From assembly GCA_029260965.1 (NCBI GenBank), contig JAJDCG010000001.1, forward strand, positions 312,012-376,011: a DNA stretch of 64,000 nucleotides, read 5' to 3'. Each line of letters starts with the position of its first letter. The first letter of the stretch is position 1. The position numbers were made by a program, and so were the translations under genes. The notes under the pieces were generated by a model that ran no database searches, was not told where the DNA came from, and worked only from the letters and a program-made list of their open reading frames with translations. Of the stretch, positions 8,556 through 17,668 are shown piece by piece. Origin of the DNA: Candidatus Levyibacteriota bacterium. GTDB lineage: Bacteria; Patescibacteriota; Microgenomatia; Levybacterales; UBA12049.

Positions 8556-11522
8556 TTAATAATCTTTAAAAGTTTTTTTATATTGATTTTTTGCGTTATT
8601 AAGCTTTATGTTTACTATTTTCTTTCCCGATAAGCCTTTTATTATTATTTCAGGTTTTTTTGTAACTGTTCCAATTTGTTTTATTTTATTTCCACTCATT
8701 GTCTTTTCAAATGCTTTTTTATTTTTGGGTGCGATTGATATTAGAATTCTGCCTTGGCTTTCTGAAAAAAGAGCCAGATCATTTCTTGTGATGCTACCTG
8801 GAAGATTTTCAAGTGACACATCAACACCCAGCATCCCACCAATTGATTTTTTGGCAATAGCAACAGCCAGACCGCCTTTGCCTATGCTGATACTTGATGC
8901 GATCAGTTCTTTTTGAATTGCTTTGTAGAAATCTTTGTACATTTTAAAATTCTTTTTTGTATTTACAATTGGTGTTTTCGTACTGCTGACATTCTTCATA
9001 GATAAATACTCGGATCCTCCCAGCTCATCAAAAGTTTCACCTAGGATATAAATCAAATCATTTTCCTTTTTTGCATCAAGAGAAACTGTTTTGTTTATAT
9101 CCTCAATAACACCAATTGATGAGATCAGAAGGGTTGGGGGAATTGTGACTTTTACTGGTTTGCTGTTTTTGTCAAAACCGTTGAATTCATTAAACATGCT
9201 GTCTTTTCCTGAAATGTAGGGAGTTTGATAATCAACTGCAGTGTCATAGCATGCTTTGGCTGCCATTTTTAGTTGAAAAAGCCTTTGGGGGGTATTGCTT
9301 TCTGTCCAGCAAAAATTATCAAGCAAAGCGATATAGTCAGGATTGCCACCTATTGCAACTGCATTGCGAACTGCTGTATCTATACTTGCTGCAGCCATAG
9401 CATAAGGATTTATGTCAGAGTAGTTTGGATAAAGAGCTTGAGACATCACAACGCCTCTTTGAGACTGAAGAACTGGACGGAAAACAGACGCTTCTGAGTT
9501 TACTCGACCTGATCCCTGGAGTGGCCCGAGGACTGCACCTCCGAGCACTATGTGATCGTACTGGCTAGAGATGAATTCAATGCTGGTTATGTTTAATCTT
9601 GCAAGCATCTGAGAAACAGACATGTTTAGATTCACATCTGTTGGTATTGTTGCCTGGTGCTTGTTGTTTGTTGTTTTGTCAGAAATCATCTTGCGTTGGG
9701 GTAATCCGTCGTGGAGAAATTTCATATCAATATCGAGAATTGTTTTGTTTTTGTATTTTACAATTCCTTTTTTTGAGTTGGTAAATTTACCAATTATCGT
9801 TGCTTCAACGCCTCGTCTTTTCATAAGGGAGTTAAATTTAACCCAGTTTTTTTCTGGAACAGCAAGGGTCATTCTTTCTTGAGATTCTGATATCCAGATT
9901 TCCCAAGGGTCCAGGCCCTGGTATTTGAGTGGGGTTTTTTCAAGATCGAGTACAAATCCTCCTGACTCTTTTGCCATTTCTGAAACAGAGCAAGACAGTC
10001 CTCCTGCTCCATTATCAGTTATGCTGCTGTAGAGAAGTTGATCTCTTGCTTCATTTATAATTGCGTCGCTTAATTTTTTTTGTGTGATAGGATCACCGAT
10101 CTGGACTGCTGCTGCTGGGCTTTTAGTGTTTAGGCTTTCTGAAGAAAAGGTTGCTCCGTGCACACCGTCTTTTCCGACTCTTCCACCGATCATGACTATC
10201 AGGTCACCAGGTTGAGCATTTTTGATGTGTGAGGGTTTATTTTTTATTTTTTTGGGAATAAGACCTATTGTTCCCGCAAAGACAAGCGGTTTTCCTCTGT
10301 AGCCCTCATGGAAATAAACAAATCCCTGAGGTGTTGGGATTCCTGATTGATTACCACCTGCATTTATTCCAGCAATAACCCCATCCATAATTCTGCGGGA
10401 TGAGAGCATTTTTTGAGATTTATTTTTATTTCTATATAAAGGTATGTCTATTGCAGGATCTGCAAGGCAGAATCCATAAAAATTTGCAACCGGTTTGGCT
10501 CCAAGTCCAAATCCCAGTGTGTCGCGATTGACACCTACTATTCCAGTTATTGCTCCGCCAAATGGATCAAGAGCTGATGGGCTGTTGTGTGTTTCGACTT
10601 TATGAGTGATTAAATAATTTTCATCAAACGAAATGCCACCTGAATTGTCAGTGAATACTGATACGCAAAAATCTTTCTTTCCTTTAATTTTCCTTATTTT
10701 TTCAGTTGCGCCCTTGATGTAGGTTTTATATAGCCCATTTTTAATATTGTCGATTGGATCATTAAAAATAGTGTGCTTACAATGCTCAGACCATGTTTGG
10801 GCAAGTGATTCCAGCTCTATATCAGTTGGGCTTCTTCCAAGTTTTTTAAAATATTTTTGAATGGTTTTCATGAATGAAAGATCAAGTGCTAGGGGGCCAC
10901 GAGTTGTTCCGTCCTGGTTTTGGATTCCATTTTTTCCTATTTTTGCTAGCTCTTCATCGCTGATATTTAGATTTATCTCAATGACTTTTGGTTGATGCTT
11001 TATATCTACTTTTGGAACGAATAAATCCATTCCGCCGTCTTTTAGGAATTGCTGATAGCTCTTGATGTGGGCTCTCTGGATAAGAGGATTGTAAAGAGTT
11101 AGCGATATTTCTTTTGCGTCTTTTTCAGACACTTTGCCTGTCAAAAAGGTTACTTGAGACGAGTAGACATCTTCACCGTTCCTAAATTTTGTTTTTAGAC
11201 TATCTTCAATTATTTCTTTTGCAGTATGTCCGATGTTGTCTGTAACTCCAGGTAAAAATCCAATCTCAATTGCAAAGGTGAATTTTTTAGGAGGTGTAAA
11301 TCTAGCTTTTTCTGTTTGAAAGACAACTGATTGGGTTAGGGGATTTGATAGTTTTTTCCCGATTGATATCAGTTGTTTATCATCTAGTTTTTTTGCAACA
11401 GTATAAATGTCATAGATCCAAAGATCTTTTATTTTTTTAAATCCCTGATTTTTCAGTTTATCGATACGATTTTTGGCTCTGGTATCAAAAACATTTGTAA
11501 TTATTCCAATTCTTGCTGTCAT
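8556..11522 (-). CDS. purL: FGAM synthase synthetase subunit with a fused large-PurL-type (PurS-like) N-terminal domain
   Basis: 988 aa. Residues ~200-250 (GRSPTDIELESLAQTWSEHCKHTIF) match the linker/start of the FGAM-synthetase domain in single-chain large PurL (cf. E. coli ..[25 protein letters not shown]). The ~200 aa before it correspond to the PurS-like N-domain. There is no glutaminase domain (PurQ is separate). Confidence 0.85.
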   Translation of the reverse strand: MTARIGIITNVFDTRAKNRIDKLKNQGFKKIKDLWIYDIYTVAKKLDDKQLISIGKKLSNPLTQSVVFQTEKARFTPPKKFTFAIEIGFLPGVTDNIGHTAKEIIEDSLKTKFRNGEDVYSSQVTFLTGKVSEKDAKEISLTLYNPLIQRAHIKSYQQFLKDGGMDLFVPKVDIKHQPKVIEINLNISDEELAKIGKNGIQNQDGTTRGPLALDLSFMKTIQKYFKKLGRSPTDIELESLAQTWSEHCKHTIFNDPIDNIKNGLYKTYIKGATEKIRKIKGKKDFCVSVFTDNSGGISFDENYLITHKVETHNSPSALDPFGGAITGIVGVNRDTLGFGLGAKPVANFYGFCLADPAIDIPLYRNKNKSQKMLSSRRIMDGVIAGINAGGNQSGIPTPQGFVYFHEGYRGKPLVFAGTIGLIPKKIKNKPSHIKNAQPGDLIVMIGGRVGKDGVHGATFSSESLNTKSPAAAVQIGDPITQKKLSDAIINEARDQLLYSSITDNGAGGLSCSVSEMAKESGGFVLDLEKTPLKYQGLDPWEIWISESQERMTLAVPEKNWVKFNSLMKRRGVEATIIGKFTNSKKGIVKYKNKTILDIDMKFLHDGLPQRKMISDKTTNNKHQATIPTDVNLNMSVSQMLARLNITSIEFISSQYDHIVLGGAVLGPLQGSGRVNSEASVFRPVLQSQRGVVMSQALYPNYSDINPYAMAAASIDTAVRNAVAIGGNPDYIALLDNFCWTESNTPQRLFQLKMAAKACYDTAVDYQTPYISGKDSMFNEFNGFDKNSKPVKVTIPPTLLISSIGVIEDINKTVSLDAKKENDLIYILGETFDELGGSEYLSMKNVSSTKTPIVNTKKNFKMYKDFYKAIQKELIASSISIGKGGLAVAIAKKSIGGMLGVDVSLENLPGSITRNDLALFSESQGRILISIAPKNKKAFEKTMSGNKIKQIGTVTKKPEIIIKGLSGKKIVNIKLNNAKNQYKKTFKDY

Positions 11523-12793
11523 AATCTGCCTATATCTGATCTGTATTGCATTCCCTCAAAATGTATTCCGTTTGGGCCAATTGTACTGTAAGCCTTTTTT
11601 AGGGCCTCATTTAGAGTTTCACCTGTTGCTGTTATGCCCAGGACCCGACCGCCGTTTGTGACAAAATTGTTTCCATTTTTTTTGGTAGCAAAGTGAAAGG
11701 TAGTAATTTCGGGATCATGGGCAAATTTCTCCAATCCGTTGATTGCAATCCCTTTTTGCGAACTGACGGGATAACCATTTGATGCAAGGACAATGCAACA
11801 AGCGATTTTTTTTGACCATTTTATATTTATTTCCGAAAGTTTTTTTTCTACGCAAGCGTTTAATATTTCAAAAATATCTGTCTCAAGAAGTCTCATGTAG
11901 GACTCCATTTCTGGATCACCAAAGCGTGAATTAAATTCAATTACTTTCGGTCCGTCTTTTGTCATCATCAATCCTGGATAAAGGCATCCTGTAAAGGGAA
12001 TTCCCATTTTTTTCATTCCCTGAATTGCTGGAGTCACAATTTTTTCTTTTATTTCATTAATTTCTTTTTCTGATATTTCAGAAAGTGGCGCGATAGTTCC
12101 CATGCCACCGGTATTGGGACCTCTATTGCCATCGTGAATTGGTTTGTGATCTCTTGCTGTTGGGAAAAGTGAAATTGTTTTTCCGTCAGAGAATGCATGG
12201 ATTGAAACTTCCTTACCCTCCAGATATTCCTCGATTACTATTTCCGCTCCAGCATCACCAAAAACTTTTTTGATCATCGCATCATTAATTGCGCTGATTG
12301 CTTCATTGATTGTTTTTGCAACAACAACGCCTTTGCCCAATGCGAGGCCTGATGCTTTTATGACAATGGGTGCTCCATGTTTTCTTGTATAATCTTTCGC
12401 TTTTTCAGCATCAGTAAACGTTTTGTATCTTGCTGTTGGTATATTATTTTCCCTCATCAGGTTTTTTGCAAACGCTTTTGATGACTCAATTTGCGCAGCT
12501 TCTTTTGTGGGACCAAAAATTTTGAGTTCATGTTTCTCAAAGGTGTTTACTATGCCAGATGCTAAGACATCATCAGGTCCGGCAATAGTTAGGTCAATCG
12601 AGTTTTCTTTTACGAATTTGATGAGGGATTCAAAATCAAATGGGTTGATGTCTGTGTTTTTTCCGACCAGCTCAGTGCCTGCTGTTCCTGGGGCAAAATA
12701 AATATTGTTAACCTTTGGTGATTGTTTTAATTTCCAGCCCAATGCATGTTCTCGTCCTCCTGATCCAATAATTAATATGTTGTTTTTTACCAT
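11519..12793 (-). CDS. purD: Phosphoribosylamine-glycine ligase (GAR synthetase)
   Basis: N-terminal ILIIGSGGREHALGWKL; ATP-grasp; 424 aa. Confidence 0.9.
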   Translation of the reverse strand: MVKNNILIIGSGGREHALGWKLKQSPKVNNIYFAPGTAGTELVGKNTDINPFDFESLIKFVKENSIDLTIAGPDDVLASGIVNTFEKHELKIFGPTKEAAQIESSKAFAKNLMRENNIPTARYKTFTDAEKAKDYTRKHGAPIVIKASGLALGKGVVVAKTINEAISAINDAMIKKVFGDAGAEIVIEEYLEGKEVSIHAFSDGKTISLFPTARDHKPIHDGNRGPNTGGMGTIAPLSEISEKEINEIKEKIVTPAIQGMKKMGIPFTGCLYPGLMMTKDGPKVIEFNSRFGDPEMESYMRLLETDIFEILNACVEKKLSEINIKWSKKIACCIVLASNGYPVSSQKGIAINGLEKFAHDPEITTFHFATKKNGNNFVTNGGRVLGITATGETLNEALKKAYSTIGPNGIHFEGMQYRSDIGRL

Positions 12794-14916
12794 ACAAAAT
12801 CTCCTTTACTGATATCGATATTTTGGCTAATAACGTGAAGTACTCTTTTTATAGCTGTTGGTAAAACCTGGTATTCTGTTTCATGTATTTTTTTCTCCCA
12901 TGTTTCAAATGAATCGTTTTTGTGTCTGGCAACCTCTGATTTTAATATAATCGGGCCTATATCAAAATTTTCGCTTGGAATCACTTGATGAACAGTGACA
13001 CCTGATACTGGAAGATTTTGATCATACGCTTCTCTTATTGCGTGAGCGCCTCTGATTACGGGAATTTTTCCTTTGGATGTGCGGATTGTTTCTTTGAATT
13101 CTTTTGTCATTAGTGAAGGGTGGAGATTTATTACTGGTATTTCAAGGTTCTGCATTTCTTTGAGGAATTTATATCCTAGTACCAACATCCAGCCTGACAA
13201 TATAATGAGGTCAGGGTTTGTATTTTTAACCTCAGCAGTCAATTTTTCTTCATAGTTTTCACGTGTTTTTTTATCTGAAAGTTTACCCTGGTATGGAATT
13301 ATTGATATCGGAATATTATGTTTTTTGGCTCTAATTGTAGCGTATGCATCTTCCTTATTGGAGAGGACAGATATAATTTTTGCGTTTATATCGTTAGACT
13401 CAATACGATCTATTATTTTTTGTAAATTTGTTCCTGATCCTGAAACAAAGATAGAGATTTTGGGCTTGCTATTTATTTTTTTATGCATTTTTTTAAATAC
13501 AAATTGTTCGTCTCTTACAGGATGTGGGCCACCGAAAATGTAGTGATAAAAATCTTCTTTTTTACCACCCATTGCAAGTGCTGTTTCTTCAATGGGTAGG
13601 TATATTACTTCATCTGCTTTGACTTTTTTTGCCATTTCTTTTTCTATAATTTCAATTGGTTCATTTTCAAATGCGGATGCAGCCAATTCTTGTTTAGTTC
13701 TCATATCAATTCCTAAATCGCATTGATTCACAACAGGAGGGGATGCAAAAGCCATATATATTTTTTCAGCACCAGCATCTCTGATGTCTCTTGCTAGTAT
13801 TGTGCTTGTTGTTAGTCTGACTGCAGAGTCGTCAACAACTATCACTTTTTTTCCTCTGATCTCATCAGCAACAACATTATGCTTACCACTTACTGCTGCA
13901 ATTCGGTTCTCTTGACCAGGTCTTATAAAGGTGCGTCCGACATAGTGACTTGTGGTAATAGCATCAACAATAGGAATATCAAGTTCTTTGGCAACTCCTT
14001 TGGCAGCAGGATACCCAGAGTCGAAAATGGGGATAACAATATCTGCCTTGATTCCCTTGTTTCTTATCCGTGTTCCTAGGAACTTTCCTGATTTTTCTCG
14101 TCCTGCTTTTACTCTTTTACCGTTTGCAAAACTGTCAGGGCGTGAGAAGTAAATTCCCTCAAAGATGCACGGCTGTGGTTTTTTAACAGTCCCGAAAAAC
14201 TGAGAATTGATAGTGCCTTCATCGTCAATGCGTATTATTTCCCCGGGTATGATGTCGCGTAGGTATTCTGCTTTTAGAATATCTAAAGCAACCGATTCAG
14301 ATGCCATAACCCATCCGTCATGAAGTTTTCCAAGGCAGAATGGTCTGATACCGTATGGGTCTCTAATGCCGAATAGTTCATTGTCATTAGTGACAATAAC
14401 TAGGTTGTATGCGCCGTTGAAAAGGGGCATACATTTTTTTATAGTATCTATCCAAGTTTTATATTTTGGTCTTTCCTGGATCAAAAATTCTGCAACAATG
14501 TTCGTATCGCTATCTTGTTGTTTTTTATTTTTTAAAAGTTTTATTACATTTGAAACATCAGGAATATTTCCGTTGTGGCCTATTGATATCTCAAATTTTC
14601 CATTTTTCAGGTGAATTGGCTGAGCATTGTTTAAAGAAGATTGTCCAAAAGTACCGTATCTGTTTTGACCTATCGCAAACTTACTTTTGCCGAATTTTTT
14701 TACAACCTTGTCATTGAGAACGTGTGGTATGAGTCCCATGTTTTTGTAGGTTAAAATTTTATTTTTTGCTCCAATAACACTCATACCAGCACTTTCTAAT
14801 CCACGGTGTTGGAGTGTGGCGAGACCTGATCTCGCATAGTATGCTGCATTGCTATCAGCGGTGTAGATACCGATGACTCCACATTTTTCATGAATATCTA
14901 ATTTGCTGTTTCTCAT
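12787..14916 (-). CDS. purF: Fusion protein: amidophosphoribosyltransferase (PurF) + phosphoribosylglycinamide formyltransferase (PurN)
   Basis: Residues 1-~470 carry an 11-aa propeptide then Cys (MRNSKLDIHEKC-GVIG), the Ntn glutaminase domain and a PRTase domain (VIVVDDSAVRLTTS). Residues ~480-709 carry a PurN domain (SGSGTNLQ, NLHPSL, SGVTVHQV..DIGPII). Confidence 0.8.
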   Translation of the reverse strand: MRNSKLDIHEKCGVIGIYTADSNAAYYARSGLATLQHRGLESAGMSVIGAKNKILTYKNMGLIPHVLNDKVVKKFGKSKFAIGQNRYGTFGQSSLNNAQPIHLKNGKFEISIGHNGNIPDVSNVIKLLKNKKQQDSDTNIVAEFLIQERPKYKTWIDTIKKCMPLFNGAYNLVIVTNDNELFGIRDPYGIRPFCLGKLHDGWVMASESVALDILKAEYLRDIIPGEIIRIDDEGTINSQFFGTVKKPQPCIFEGIYFSRPDSFANGKRVKAGREKSGKFLGTRIRNKGIKADIVIPIFDSGYPAAKGVAKELDIPIVDAITTSHYVGRTFIRPGQENRIAAVSGKHNVVADEIRGKKVIVVDDSAVRLTTSTILARDIRDAGAEKIYMAFASPPVVNQCDLGIDMRTKQELAASAFENEPIEIIEKEMAKKVKADEVIYLPIEETALAMGGKKEDFYHYIFGGPHPVRDEQFVFKKMHKKINSKPKISIFVSGSGTNLQKIIDRIESNDINAKIISVLSNKEDAYATIRAKKHNIPISIIPYQGKLSDKKTRENYEEKLTAEVKNTNPDLIILSGWMLVLGYKFLKEMQNLEIPVINLHPSLMTKEFKETIRTSKGKIPVIRGAHAIREAYDQNLPVSGVTVHQVIPSENFDIGPIILKSEVARHKNDSFETWEKKIHETEYQVLPTAIKRVLHVISQNIDISKGDFVW

Positions 14917-14959
14917 AAGTATGAATTATAAAAAAATAATTCTAAAGTTTTCTGATTTT

Positions 14960-14988
14960 GGGACGAAAAACCCCGCGTCGTAGCGGGG
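14960..14988 (-). terminator. Leader hairpin (CCCCGC-loop-GCGGGG) followed by T5 on the minus strand, inside the purF 5' UTR
   Basis: Forward 14971-14988 ccccgcgtcgtagcgggg. The minus-strand reading is hairpin then TTTTTCG (forward A-run 14966-14970). It lies between the putative promoter and the purF start codon. Confidence 0.4.
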
Positions 14989-15056
14989 CTGCAAAAATTT
15001 AATGATATCTATTTTTAATAATCTTGAAATTATGGACCATGTAGTTTCCATACATG

Positions 15057-15085
15057 ATTATAATTCATTTGAGTTTTGGTGTCAA
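15057..15085 (-). promoter_or_regulatory. Near-consensus sigma70 promoter for the pur operon (TTGACA-17 nt-TATAAT)
   Basis: Minus strand: TTGACA (forward tgtcaa 15080-15085), a 17-nt spacer, TATAAT (forward attata 15057-15062). About 135 nt upstream of the purF ATG. Confidence 0.45.
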
Positions 15086-15465
15086 TTATCTTTCAAAATT
15101 GCTATCATTATAATGACGTGAAGAAAATAGTTATTAGAAATATATTTGTCATATCTATAATTTTTCTTATTGTTTTTTTAGTTTCAGCAAATGAAGAGTA
15201 TATCAGAAGGAAAGCTATTTCTCTTCTGGGAGATGGTACTTCTCAGGTAAGGGGTGCTAGCACAGAGAAGGGGGAAGAGGTATCAGGAAAGATCAGCTCA
15301 GATATTGGCGACCAAATGAGCTTAATAAAAGATGATTTGCTTGACATAAGAATAGGGGACATTATGGATGGTTTGTCTCGTGCTAGAAAAATTTCTCATG
15401 ACCTTAGTCAAGTAAGTATTTATATTCGAGATAAAGTTGATGGTGTGTTACAATCTGATAAATAA
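15076..15465 (+). CDS. Hypothetical small membrane-anchored protein (N-terminal TM; alternative GTG start at 15115)
   Basis: The ORF starts with TTG in the track and there is no ATG. It has a hydrophobic N-terminus (IVIRNIFVISIIFLIVFLV) then a charged soluble part. It ends 3 nt before prfB. Confidence 0.35.
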   Translation: MVSIIFQNCYHYNDVKKIVIRNIFVISIIFLIVFLVSANEEYIRRKAISLLGDGTSQVRGASTEKGEEVSGKISSDIGDQMSLIKDDLLDIRIGDIMDGLSRARKISHDLSQVSIYIRDKVDGVLQSDK

Positions 15466-15468
15466 TTT

Positions 15469-16470
15469 ATGGATGATTTAAAAACTAGACTTAAAAAAAT
15501 ACTAGAAAGAATAGATCCTGATTCTCAAAAAGCAAAAATAAGAGAACTAACAGCAGAAAGTATGAAGCCGGATTTTTGGCAGGATCACCAGAAAGCTGCA
15601 AAAAAGATGAAAGAGCTGTCTGATTTACAAAATGAGGTAGACGAGGCGGAGAAGTTGTTTGTTTTTGTTGAGGAAGGAAATGAAAAAGAAGCAGAAAAGC
15701 TGTTAAAAAAAATGGAGACTATATTATTCTTTTCAGGGGAGCACGATAGTGCAAATGCAATAGTTGGAATCCACTCAGGGCAGGGTGGGACAGAGGCAAT
15801 GGATTGGGCTGAGATGCTTTTTCGTATGTATACGAGATATTTTGAGAAAAAGGGCTGGAGCTATGAAATACTTGATCAGACAACAGGTGAAGAAGCTGGA
15901 ATAAAAAGCATAACAATTGCAATTAGTGGGAAATATGCTTATGGTTATCTCAAGCATGAGGCAGGCGCGCATCGATTGGTGCGTCAGTCACCGTTTAATG
16001 CTGATAAATTGCGTCAAACATCATTTGCATTAGTTGAGGTAATGCCTGAAGTTGAGGATGCAAAAATTGAGCTCAGAGATGATGATATCGAATTCGAAGC
16101 TTTTAGATCTGGTGGTCATGGGGGTCAAAATGTAAATAAGGTTTCGACCGCAGTGCGCTTGAAGCACAAGCCAACCGGAATTGCAGTTGCGGCATCGGTT
16201 GAAAGATCGCAAATTCAGAATAGGGAATTTGCCATGAAGTTGCTTCGCGCAAAATTGTGGGCAATTGAGGAAGAAAAGCAAAAGAAAAAGGAGGCTGAGC
16301 TAAAAGGTGGATACAAAACCCCAGGTTGGGGAAATCAGATCCGCTCATACGTATTGCATCCATACAAAATGGTTAAGGACCTCAGGACTCAAGTTGAAAC
16401 AGGAAACACCGACGCAGTGCTTGATGGGGATTTGGATATGTTTATTGAAGAAGAACTGAGGAGTTTATAA
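15469..16470 (+). CDS. prfB: Peptide chain release factor 2
   Basis: The SPF tripeptide (RF2-specific) and the GGQ motif are present, with overall RF2 collinearity. There is no programmed +1 frameshift site. Confidence 0.9.
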   Translation: MDDLKTRLKKILERIDPDSQKAKIRELTAESMKPDFWQDHQKAAKKMKELSDLQNEVDEAEKLFVFVEEGNEKEAEKLLKKMETILFFSGEHDSANAIVGIHSGQGGTEAMDWAEMLFRMYTRYFEKKGWSYEILDQTTGEEAGIKSITIAISGKYAYGYLKHEAGAHRLVRQSPFNADKLRQTSFALVEVMPEVEDAKIELRDDDIEFEAFRSGGHGGQNVNKVSTAVRLKHKPTGIAVAASVERSQIQNREFAMKLLRAKLWAIEEEKQKKKEAELKGGYKTPGWGNQIRSYVLHPYKMVKDLRTQVETGNTDAVLDGDLDMFIEEELRSL

Positions 16471-16890
16471 ATCTTTGGTGAAGTAATAGCCTCTTTTTAC
16501 ATAATCAAGATTTTTATAAAAGATGTGGGCTATTTTATGATCTTTGCCTGATTGAATAAAGATGCCTTTGCAATTTAGTTCTTTTGTCTTCTTTTCAATT
16601 TTTTTAATTAGAGCTTTACCTATTCCGTGTTTTCTGTATTCTTCTAACACAAAAAGCTCATCTAGTTCGGCAATTGATTTGGAATATCTCACAACATTTC
16701 TAACTGATAAAGTTGCAAAACCAATCAGTTTTTCTTTGTCTGTTGCGACATAAATATAGCTATTAGAGTTTTTTAAAACAATTTTGAAAGAGTCGCTATC
16801 AGGTTTTAAAAATCTATCATCTCCAACAAAAAGCGTAAATAGCTTCATTAGTTCTTTATAATCTGTTAATTTTACAGGTCTAATATCCAT
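16465..16890 (-). CDS. GNAT family N-acetyltransferase
   Basis: Acetyl-CoA-binding core ([15 protein letters not shown]) in a 141-aa GNAT fold. Confidence 0.7.
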   Translation of the reverse strand: MDIRPVKLTDYKELMKLFTLFVGDDRFLKPDSDSFKIVLKNSNSYIYVATDKEKLIGFATLSVRNVVRYSKSIAELDELFVLEEYRKHGIGKALIKKIEKKTKELNCKGIFIQSGKDHKIAHIFYKNLDYVKRGYYFTKDL

Positions 16891-16906
16891 AATTTTATTA
16901 TATCAA

Positions 16907-17662
16907 TTATTTTCCGCCTCCGCCTTTTTGCCATTTGACTGCTGTCAGGAATTTGCCGTAGAGATCCTTTTCCATGGGCCAGATTACAGCATCTAGTTCT
17001 TTTTTGTTTGGGACTCTATCTTGAAATTTTACAAACGACAGGTCTGTGAAGACAGAGAGTGGGGTTTGTTCTTGAGCTTCCCCCATGGCAAGCGCTGCTG
17101 CAGTTGCCAGTGAGTCAATGACATTTACTTTTATCCACTCAATATTGCGACCAAAAATATCTTTTTCACCGACATGGTTCTTGACTGCTTCAAATCCACA
17201 CCAACTCATACCAAAACCTAGAGTTCCAGTTCGTCCTGGATTGAACCTGCTGTCAGTTATAATTATTCCCAGATTTTTTAGTTTATGTTTATTTTTTAGA
17301 TATTCCCAGATATCGTTTGTTTTTTTCTGGAGATTTCGCGGCCAGAGAATATAATTCCCATCAGCGTTTGATTCATCAATTCCTGCGGTAAAAACTATGT
17401 GTCCGTTTTTGCGAGTTAAAAATACTTTTCCATACGGTGTTGGGACTGGCGCCTCTACGTATGAATCAGCTTCTTTCTTGATAAGTTCGTCTTTATCGGA
17501 GACATCTTTAACAGGGATTACATCTTTCTGGGTTATGCTTATGATTTTGGATGTGATTGCAACGATTGATTTATCTTTGAGATTTGGTAAATACTTATCG
17601 AGGATTTTATAAATATTATCTCTAGTTTTTATTTTGTGGGTTTTGTATGATTTGACAATCAT
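16907..17662 (-). CDS. F420-0:gamma-glutamyl ligase (CofE)-like family protein (PF01996-like)
   Basis: IVAITSKIISITQKDVI and TAGIDESNAD motifs resemble the CofE / folate-type gamma-glutamyl ligase family. A glycine-rich C-terminus is present. Confidence 0.55.
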   Translation of the reverse strand: MIVKSYKTHKIKTRDNIYKILDKYLPNLKDKSIVAITSKIISITQKDVIPVKDVSDKDELIKKEADSYVEAPVPTPYGKVFLTRKNGHIVFTAGIDESNADGNYILWPRNLQKKTNDIWEYLKNKHKLKNLGIIITDSRFNPGRTGTLGFGMSWCGFEAVKNHVGEKDIFGRNIEWIKVNVIDSLATAAALAMGEAQEQTPLSVFTDLSFVKFQDRVPNKKELDAVIWPMEKDLYGKFLTAVKWQKGGGGK

Positions 17663-17668
17663 GAAATT

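Noticed and set aside
14990-15050. Guanine/adenine (purine) riboswitch in the purF leader
   Set aside because: A UAUAAUC-like P1 start and a short P2-like hairpin are present. The P3 stem and the conserved J2-3/J3-1 nucleotides (GUUUCUACC...CCGUAAAU...GACUAUG) are absent, and the leader is too short. I kept it only as an unclassified attenuator candidate.
15440-15475. Programmed +1 frameshift site for prfB
   Set aside because: There is no CUU-UGA-C motif and no internal SD-like stimulator. The upstream ORF ends with an in-frame TAA followed by TTT-ATG, so RF2 is encoded as a single uninterrupted ORF.
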